This document shows, piece by piece, positions 24,501-33,995 of a stretch of DNA of 64,000 bases. Origin of the DNA: Lepidodermella squamata. Its lineage: Eukaryota; Animalia; Gastrotricha. The DNA lies in contig JBLDXI010000030.1 of the NCBI GenBank assembly GCA_047495785.1, forward strand, positions 806,001-870,000, read 5' to 3'. The notes under the pieces are model-generated. The model had not been told where the DNA came from, did no database searches, and worked only from the letters and a program-made list of their open reading frames with translations. The position numbers and the translations under genes are program-made. Numbering within the stretch: position 1 is the first letter of the stretch; every line of letters starts with the position of its first letter.

Positions 24501-26252
24501 AAGAATGAACCCTCCAAACTTGTCGGCTGCCGGTAGAGCCCGGTATACGACGTGCATATCGGTGAAACCCTGAATGACGTCCGGTCGGATGAATGTTTGC
24601 GCGTTACCACTGCAACTGGAGTAGGTCGTGGGAGCAGTGAATCCCGAATTTTGCAAATAAATTCTGACATCGCTAGCGGAAAAGTTGCATTTCAGCATTG
24701 AATAGCGAAATATGCGATCTGTTGGAATTCGAACACGCCAAACGCAAATGTCGTAGTAGAAGCTCGTGGGCATAGGTGGCCACATGCCGATGTCAAGATT
24801 TCCCTCGAACTTCCAGTCGATCACCGTGTAGACATCGCATGTGGAACTTATTGGGGCCAAAGTGTTTGGGTAAGTTGCAGCTGGTCCTTTGGCTGTTTCC
24901 TCGACAAAAATGGAGTAATGCAAAAAGAACTGGGCTGAAGTGCTCCTGACAACGACGTAGACTGAAGAGGTCTTGGACGTAACCACAATGCCATTGACTG
25001 GATTCAGTGCAGATTGAGAAAATAGGCCGAGTTGTTCTGCAACACCAGAGTGTCCGATGTCGTAAAATCCAATCGAAACTGAAAAAGTTGAGGATTAAAG
25101 GTTAAATTTGAATAAATTATAGAAAAACGTCATTTATTATGTATTTTTATTTATTTATTTATTTATTTAGAAGCTATTACACCCAAAGAGGGAAGCTTGA
25201 CAAAGTATAAGGAAAACAACATATAATTGCAGGACAGGATCACATTTAGGACAGGAAAAGTGTTGTAGAAGAAAGGTTTTTCAACTGTTATCAACGAAAA
25301 AGTGGCCATCTTCTCTTACTATTGTTTATTTGTTGGTTCTTGCCGTCGTACGTGATCATGTGCATATACGAAAACCTGGATCGATGAATTCAGTGCGATG
25401 CAAAAATATACTCTATAGTTGACTCACTTCAAGGCATTTCCTGATACGGAGTTGATGCGGTATGTTGCTAGGAAAGACCCATTTGCAGTAACTTCAGGTC
25501 GTATGACTGAAGTAAACCCTTTCACCTCGTCGCCGTACCCATTCGTGTCATAATTTGTTATCCCCCATCTAGCATCTAAAATAAAAATTTTGAGTTTTAA
25601 ATATTCATAATCGTGATTTCAAACTTGGCGTTGAGTATTGACACTTGTCCCCATGTACTCCTGTGCCCGTGTCGCAAACGCAATAATTTGTACGAGAACA
25701 AGTTCCAATGCATCCAGGGCATGATTTAGCTAGGAGTAAAAATATATCAATCAAATGTTTTGAATAAATGCAAAGACCGTGTAACAAACCATCGCAATAT
25801 TGACCAGAATAACCGTATCCGCATTCGCACTTGTGAGTGGTTGTGTTACATACAGCCGAGTACGTTTGGCAATTGCCTATAGGGGGAAAGTAGCAGTCAG
25901 CAGTCAAGTCCGAAATGTTTCACGCACCTGCAAAGCAATCCCACGGTTCGACAGACCAAGTGCCATTCTCCAAACATTTGTGTTCTACTTCCCATTTCGA
26001 AGCGGATGAATATACCCTAACTGACACGTTAGTAGCTGTCATCGCATTCGCATTGTTCAGCAGAGGACCCCAAGTTCCGTTAGTACTGGACGAGTATGCG
26101 TGGGCATTCAGCGTTTTTATCGGTGTACAAGCGGACTCAGCTTGGGTAAACAAAGTTTCAATGGGAAATATCATGGAAAATATATAAAAATCTTTACCTA
26201 ATGTTAACAAAACCGAACCAACTACCACTTGGGCTAAGTTGAAATTCCGCAT
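21597..26252 (-). CDS. Chimeric Cys-loop channel A4 (same architecture, longest stalk)
   Basis: ATG 26252 (MRNFNLAQVVVGSVLLTL). Sushi-like HKCLENGTWSVEPWDC, EGF exons 25605-25907, CUB 24471-24986, EGF CSSPCLNGGTCVYKDTCMC. Terminal ORF 21597-23525 has RKKR, a stalk of roughly 110 aa, CSLSLRKFPFDTQTC and 4TM. Confidence 0.82.
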
Positions 26253-27277
26253 GATCAAGCAACAACAAAATGGACAACTGAAATATATGTCAGGTTCAAA
26301 AAAATTTCTCGCCGTCAACGTATCGCAATTTTCGAAAATCAAAACAATTTTTATTGCGCACATCGGATATTCGTTCCAGTTGCAGCCCAGGTTGTCTGGT
26401 AATAATTTCTGTTTTTTCGCGTTAAAGCCGCGAAATTTCGGGTGTTGGGTCTTTCTGGACAAACACAGACACAACTACTCCGATTTTCCATTTTTATTAG
26501 GATTCACGCAATTTTCTACTTCAAACAAGGATGACATGCCGCGAATTTTATTATCAACGCCTCAGGTTCGTGAACGTCGAAAAAAAAATAAAAATCATGT
26601 GTCAATTTTCAGATATTTCAACTTTCTCTATCACGAAGAACTGCTACATAATGTTTTGAAACAAGAGAAATAAATTGAAGCAGTCAAATTTGCCCACTCT
26701 CCATTATTCTGGTACCTTTCTGGTCCCACCTGAGAATAATATTTCGCGTTTTTTGTTTCAACATCGAAGTTGAGCATCTAGAGGAGAACTGCTGAATATT
26801 AAGGAAAATCGTTCATCTCAGTGCCTTTTCCATTGAAAATACTTCACGCCGCCATTCAATTCATTTTATATGCCTCAGCTGTGGCTTCAATCAAAAAACT
26901 TATGACTGTGAGTAATAACGAGGTAAAGCACTACTTATACCCCATATTCATTTGATTAAAGAGCCGCAGCTAGCTTGTATATAGGAATATATGCGCAGTA
27001 TATGCCTATACGAACGCGCGTTGTTTATATGTGCGTATTTTCGTCTATACGCAGCGCTGTGTTCGTATAAAATATACTGCCGAGCTCCGCTCTACGATAA
27101 TGCGTCTTCACGCTACTACATACTACACTACTACAGCAGCATAGCACATATATATTTTATCCAAAAACAAGCCGAGGGTTTTTCAACTAGTTTTGGACGG
27201 TGTGGCAAAATGCTGTTCGTCTATTTCTTCGATTTTACTGAAACGTTCGACTAATTTTCTAGGGATTGTCATTTAAA

Positions 27278-28429
27278 ATGGCTTTGATCGGCCGGTCTAG
27301 CTCGTCTAAACTCCTCAAACTCGCTAATGGATTGAAGCAGAGCACCAACTCGCTGATTTCTCAATCAAGAAACGTCTTCCATCTCAGCGGAGTTTTTCCG
27401 ACTGTGGTAACGCCATTCACGGCGAAAGATGAGGAAATCGACTTTGGCCGTTTCGACGTTATGCTGCGCCATCTTAAGCGATACCCTGTCGCAGGATTCG
27501 CTCTGCTCGGCTCTTCTGGCGAATTCGCATCGATGTCGTATGATAAGAAGCTTGAACTAGTTCAACATGCTAGAGAAGCACTGGGAGAACATCGCACAAT
27601 TCTAGCCGGAGCTGGACTCGAATGTATACGCATTTCTAATTTATTATTTTATATCTCAATACGATAAAATTATGTGAAATTCTGAGAGAAATTATGGTCA
27701 ATACTGAACAATTTTGTTTTCATTTTTCCAGCTACCTCCGATACGATTGAGCTTGTCAAACGAGTTGCGGATAAAGGAGCTGACGCTGCTTTTGTCTACA
27801 ATCCGTCTTATTTCCGCGAGCGCATGGACAACGAGGCCTATATAGACCACTTTTCTCGGATTGCCGACAAGAGCCCAATCCCGATTATCCTATACAACAT
27901 CCCTACTCATCTGGACGTCGACATCCCAATCGATGTGGTCGCTCATCTCGCCCGGCATCCCAAAATCATTGGAATTCTCGATGCCGGGGGTAACATTACG
28001 AGAATTGCGACTATCTGCATGCGAACGCAGCCGGCTCAATGCAAACGGACTAACCCGTTCAGTGTCCTAGCTGGTTCAGCTTGCTTCTTCCTGCCGGCTA
28101 TGTCAGTCGGGGCTGTAGGGACTATGTGCTCCCTGGCTAATGTCCTGCCATTCGAATTATGCAGTCTTGAGAAGTATTTTCAGGACGGCAAGTTGAAGGA
28201 AGCGCGAGAAATTCAATGGCGGTTGTTAGCCCCCAATGAAGCTGTTACTACGAAATACGGAGTCGCAGGTCTGAAATCCATCTTAAGGACTCATTTCGGC
28301 ATTGATACTGGATCTGTTCGTTCGCCCCTGAGGAATCTGTCTCCGGAAGAAGACGCGGCTGTTCTGCGAATCTTTAACGATCAAGGATTTTTGATTGATG
28401 TCAAACAGCGGGCAGCAAAGGCAAATTAA
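27278..28429 (+). CDS. HOGA1: HOGA1/DHDPS-like aldolase homolog with mitochondrial-type leader; catalytic Lys replaced by Leu
   Basis: LSGVFPTVVTPF, GSSGE, IADKSPIPIILYNIP, VLAGSA, QWRLLAPNEAVTTKYGVAGLK. Intron 27624-27731. Confidence 0.8.
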
Positions 28430-28864
28430 AGACTACGCTTGACATTGCTTATGTTGATCACAAGTCAATAATTAGTTATTATCCTCACCTTGGAGTAAAA
28501 TAGTGTTTCATTTTTGAAAATGTGGTAAATTATTGGTATTTAGCGTCGATGTTTGAATAAAATTGAAACCGTTGCTAAGATACAGCGTCGATTTTTTTCG
28601 CACAAATAACCCTCCTTAATTAATTTAGCAAGCTCTGAGATCTTTGGAATGAACCAAGTGTCTGAAACAAATCGCGACTCTTTCTTTTGTTTTTTTTGCT
28701 CTTACATCGTAAAAAAGCAAGGGGTGAAAAAACACAAAAGACCACGAAAAAAAACACGTTGACAAGTCTCTGCCAACATAACACAGAGTAACTATATGTC
28801 ATTACGGCTATAACTAGCTGGGCATTTTTTCCTTCTGCTTTATTTTCTACGTTATGTCGATGCA

Positions 28865-29230
28865 ATGAATGCACCTCCGCCTAGCTATGAAGAAGCTGTT
28901 CTGGGCATCAGCCCGCCTTCGACGATCGACCAGCGAAATTCCGCGGTTCTAATCAGTGCAATCAGCTATCCAGAATCTAACTACTCAAGTCAAGAATCAG
29001 CCAGGAGAAAACATCGCCGAAAAATCATCATCATACTCACAATCCTCAGCTTTGTCACCATTCTGCTGATAGTCTCGAATTTCGTGATAGCGGCAATTGT
29101 TAAGGGAGATTTCTTTGCTCGGTCAAATCAGACGGCGAAAACTGGTTCGACTACTCCACCTTCAATAACAACTACTACAATTCAAATTATGGATCCTGAT
29201 TACTCTGACTACGGCTCAACAGTTCTATAG
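28865..29230 (+). CDS. Small single-pass membrane protein with N-terminal PPSY motif
   Basis: PPPSYEEA, then basic RRKHRRK, a long hydrophobic helix and a Thr-rich tail. AATAAA at ~29326. Confidence 0.6.
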   Translation: MNAPPPSYEEAVLGISPPSTIDQRNSAVLISAISYPESNYSSQESARRKHRRKIIIILTILSFVTILLIVSNFVIAAIVKGDFFARSNQTAKTGSTTPPSITTTTIQIMDPDYSDYGSTVL

Positions 29231-29336
29231 CACCTTAGACTTATTCAATCCGGTGTTGATTTTCGGTGCTAGTCTCTAATAATAAGGTGAATTTCGAATA
29301 ACAACCCATTTAACCATTCAATATCAATAAATTGTT

Positions 29337-31703
29337 TTATTCTGCGCTATCGCTATCACTTCCTTGCATTGACCTTTTTCTAATTGTGACAAAATTGCGA
29401 ATTTTACGAACGTAATTAGTTATATAGGGTGCGCACATGAGAAAACTTGTTCCATTCGAAAATTGAAGAATCGCAATCGACCAAACAATCAATGCAGGCG
29501 ATTTTTTGTTTGCCACTGCTAATTTTGTGGCTAGGTAACAGCTGAAAATGAATGAAGCATTGAAAACAGCGGCTTTCAACCATCGGGCATTCCGATGGCG
29601 TCGAACGGCACGGGGATGGAAAACCTGGTGGAAAGCGAGCTGAAACGAGCTGAGTATCATTAAAGTGGCATTTGAGCAGATGATTGCCCAGAAGAATCCA
29701 TTCTCTCCAACGCAAGTTGTCACTATACTTTGACAATAAACGTCAAGTTTCGGGTCAAGAAAGGCGTCACTTCGAATTTCAGAAACAACCACCGAGCCTC
29801 TAGCCATCCAGATAACCCATATTACGAAAACAGCAGCTGCGTAGAAAACTAGAAAAATTATGTAGAGATGACGGGTCTTGACTCTAGGCGGTGGCTGGGG
29901 TGGCTCAGTAGATGTCCCTTCTTGCGGGGCGAAAGTCACCCGCCTATAGTCGCAAATGAGCCCAACCTTACAAAACACGACCAGCGCTATCACTGTACTA
30001 GTGAACATGAAAGTACAGTATCGAAACGTGCACAGCTCAGGCCGAATTTCCCCTCTTTTCTCCGCCATTGTTGTAAGGGTTCCAACATCAGCTACGAGGC
30101 TTGCAGTCAATATAGCCGAATTGAGAGATCTTCTGAAATTTCGAGGCACGCCATTTGCGTAGAGCAGACTGCATACTCCCAGCGTTAGAAGCAAACAAAG
30201 AGCCCATACGAAATGTTGAAGTCTTGCAGGCGAATCCACATACAAAAGTAGTATGCTTGATAGATCCTTAGGAGGCTGAGCATTTCCAGTCAGCCAAAGG
30301 GGGTCATTCACCCATTTGCATTTGTAATCACTTATATTCGAAGAATTCCCATCTTGGCGAAGTTCTACCTCCCTTAGGACTTGGGTAGCGCCATACTTCC
30401 ACTGCCAAATGTGTTGATAGATCGAGATAGGCTCACGTGGGAATTTACGGTATTGCGAGGCCTTCCTCACCGCTTTGAACACTACATCACGGTCGGAAAG
30501 TTGATCAGCCAAAGACCGATTAACTCTTGAAGCTAGTAGATTTTCGGCTGAATCAAGAGTTTGAAGGACATTTGTGATTGTGAGTCGACACAGCCGATTT
30601 GATCCTGGGCCTGGGCCTGTTCGATTTCTGAGTTCAGCCCGCCGGCCATACCAAATTGTTACCCGGAATTGCTCGATAATTTGCTCACGAGAGCAGCCAG
30701 GTGGAAAATCATCTTCTTGGAACGGGTCAAAATATGCCCGAGCGTTAGCGATAAAAGCAAACTCAGGCGCATGTACGTCCTTGGCATACGCCGTGCAGTA
30801 GAGGTTAATCAGTGATGACAGGTCGATGTTATTGATCAAAAGAACCCGGACATTTGCGGCTTTCATCGAAGTGATTAGTTCTTCTTTCAGATCATCTACG
30901 CCCGGAATGATAGAATGGAACCAGGGTACGTTAACGTTGATCTCCCTCATTAGCGCGCTCAAATGCTCAGCTTCAATGACATCATCTGGCCCGTTGATAG
31001 TGTGGAAAATTCCGATGCGTTTCCACTGGCCGATCTCGCGGATAACGAATGAAAGTGAAGCGGCGTATGTATCGAAAACATCGCTTGTCGTTACCTTGTA
31101 ACATCTGAGAAAAGTTCAGCTTAGAAAAATGAAGGGGCGGTTTCAAAAGAATGTCGAAAAATCTCAATCAGAGCAAATTTCCAACCCCAAATTGGTTCAG
31201 TATTGAAAAATTCTACCTTAAAATGTTAACCTTATTTGAACCTTAAAATTTTAAGCTGGTTTAAAATTAAGAATTTCTTGAGCTAGAATATTTGCGGATA
31301 CTAGGACCCAATCGGGATTTTCCTCAACTCACCCTGTGCCCGTAAACTGAACCATCTTGAACTGAGCTGCAATCCTCAATAATACTTTGCACGTTCTAGT
31401 CGTAGCGATAATTGCCGGAGCGATTTCTTTCGACAAATGATCATCGACAAAACGAAGAAAAGCCCGAGGCCCATTCGAACCATCAATGCCATCATGAGCG
31501 AATGATCCTTTGATAATGTATCTCTCTAGAAGCGTCTCATTGTTGTTCGCGGCGTTGATAACTGAAGTCATAGATTCCCTGCAAAACGTCACATTTACTG
31601 GTTCCTCAACCAAAGCAAAGATCCTGAGGGTTTGCTGTGTCCATGAAACTTGAATAAAACTAGCTAAAAAAGCAACGAAAAACACTCCCATGATTTTTAA
31701 CAT
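29337..31703 (-). CDS. Highly divergent class C (GABA-B-like) GPCR
   Basis: Signal peptide exon 31703-~31333, one intron, then exon from ~31105 (IGQWKRIGIF, ANVRVLLI, W.TGNAQPPKD) and 7 hydrophobic segments. Similar to ORFs 33996 and 39880. Confidence 0.75.
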
Positions 31704-31956
31704 CAATGAATTCTGTGACAGCAAATGTGCTTGGGATAATCACATTTAATTGGTGATCATTCATCAGACAGCTTCACGGAACAAATTAAAAAATTGTCTT
31801 GTTGTTGTCATCGATTTTTTCCAATACCACGAAAATACGAGGAAGATTGCGAGGCCTCTACCAGCCTACCTGGACATCGATGTGAGTGCGAAGGCAGGCA
31901 ACCAGGACCCAGGTACGTTGTGCACAAACACCGCCTCCTCTTACCACGCACGCAGT

Positions 31957-31964
31957 ATAAATAG
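31957..31964 (+). promoter_or_regulatory. Candidate TATA box of the secreted peptide gene
   Basis: TATAAATA about 48 nt upstream of ATG 32005. Confidence 0.45.
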
Positions 31965-32004
31965 AGACGCATTTAGAGATCTATCTTCATTCCGCTCTCT
32001 CGCT

Positions 32005-32391
32005 ATGAATTTTGACATACTACTGCTGCTTGCGACTATCATTTTAGTCTTTCAAAATGTCCTAGCGAATCCTACGAACCGTCCTAAGCTAAAAACACGC
32101 GAGGAGAGGTCTAACAAAATAGGTAAGGCTGAAATCAGCTTTCATCTTTACGGATGATTACTTAAATCATGTTTTTGTCTTTTAACAGAAAGCTATTTGA
32201 ACGATCTAGTTAGTAGCGGTTACTACGACGAAGTAGGCGCCTTGTTAGTGCATCTGAAGCAATTACAACGGCATCAGCGCCTGCTGAACTGCGTTCGACT
32301 GCTCGGCTCGCTGGCGATCTGCAGCAACTCGACGGCTTTCTCTATATGGCGACGCAATATCGCCGGCAAAATAATGAGCGGGCGGCATTAA
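32005..32391 (+). CDS. Small secreted protein, possible peptide precursor (~106 aa)
   Basis: Signal peptide MNFDILLLLATIILVFQNVLA. Phase-1 intron 32123-32188 joins in frame to ORF 32197-32391. Contains a C-x9-C pair. AATAAA at ~32459. Confidence 0.65.
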
Positions 32392-32632
32392 ATCAATCAA
32401 AATATTAGCATTTATATATGTGATATTATGTAATTCGGCAAGTGATTAATCGCAGAGTAATAAAAGATTTTGCTAAGAAAAAAATCGATCCGCGCTCCGT
32501 TTACCTTGACGGCCCTTGTAATCGATAAATATCGGCTCATTGTGTATTCAGCATTTTTTTCACCGCGAGCTAACAACACTACAGCCCTTCCTTATACTGA
32601 ATTTTTTATTTCCCACTCATATAGCTGAAAAA

Positions 32633-33791
32633 ATGCAGGAGCCGCCGGAAAATGAAAGCAGCCCTGCCGCCGATCTCCCTCCTAGCTACTCTGAATTCGT
32701 TGAACACGTTAATTACACGAAAAAGCTAGCCGCAGTTGATGGTCCAGGAATAGATCCGAGCTTAGTCGACCCAACTTTCATCATCGAACCACCGCCTGAT
32801 GGCAGCGATTACTCTCCCCCGCCTCCTACACAACTGCCTTTTACAGAGTTCACTCGGATTGAACTCGGCAACATCGGCGGTGATATTGCGACGGTTTCCT
32901 ACTCAATTCCTTACTTTCAACTCGCGCTTTTGAATGGAGGCAGGGGTCGGACTTTCCCGCTTCGAGATTTGCTCGAAGGTACCATACCTACAGATTTGAC
33001 ACCGGCCCAAATCACGAGGCAGAATGAGATACAAAAGCGAAGGAAAAGAATCGCGATTTCTTGCTCATTGGCATCTCTCGGTGTGGTTGTAGCGCTCATT
33101 TTCTTCATAGTCCTATTCTGTGTCCGAGGGACGGATCTTGATGGAGCTGCTTCGTTATCAAGAGTGGGCTACTACAGCTTCGGAATGGCAACTACAAAAC
33201 GTCCGGTAATTTTACTAAAAATGTCTTCATTACTAATTCATCCCTTATTTATTTCAAATTTATTTTCTGAAAATTATGAAAATTATTATTAATTTTATTT
33301 AATTTTAATGAATTTTTATAATATTTCAGATAATCACTCTCGCAGACCAATTAGTCGATTCAGTGATCCGGAACAAGGTTAAAGAGGTTGAATACTTCCT
33401 CGATAGCGGGATTTTCGATGTTAATGCCAAAGCCATTTACGGGCCTTACTGTTCAGATTTCATCGACAATGGAACGATGTTAACTCTGGCGTCGGCTTGC
33501 AGGGATGTTGACCTCGAAATGATGCGGCTAATAATAGGTCGCGGGGCTGTTGTTGATTTTCGCGACGATTCTGGGTGGACACCTCTCATCTGGGCGGCTA
33601 TCAAGGGCGAGACTGAGAAGGTGGAGTTGCTACTCAACAACGGCGCCTCGATAAATTTAACCACGCGAGCTGGCAATTCGGCGGTTGTTTTAGCAGCGGC
33701 CAACAAATATACAAAAACAGTTAAATTGCTGTTGAGACGAGGCGCGAATCGAGCTGGTTGCGACGACGAACTTTGCAAAACAGCCAGTTAA
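32633..33791 (+). CDS. PPxY-containing single-pass membrane protein with C-terminal ankyrin repeats
   Basis: PPSY, QKRRKR plus TM. Phase-0 intron 33206-33329 joins in frame to the ankyrin ORF (GWTPLIWAA, LLLNNGASIN, LLLRRGA). Confidence 0.72.
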
Positions 33792-33995
33792 TCAAAGATC
33801 ATCAGTTTTACTTGCTTGTTATGACCACAAATGCTTTTTTGAATCATCACCTGCGTGCTAAATAAAACGGTTCGTTAGCTTTCACGATTCACGTATTGAT
33901 CAAAGGTCACGTGATTTCTATCACAATCAAATTATCAGAGAAAGTTCCGAGGAACATTATAGTAGAAATTCGTTTCTGGACGATTGTTCAGTCTG

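Noticed and set aside
25130-25320. (TTTA)n tract in an enlarged A4 intron as a LINE 3' end
   Set aside because: No coding remnant or target site duplication is visible.
26975-27175. Weak inverted similarity suggesting an old MITE, and ORF 26991-27254
   Set aside because: Too degenerate and low-complexity to support either call.
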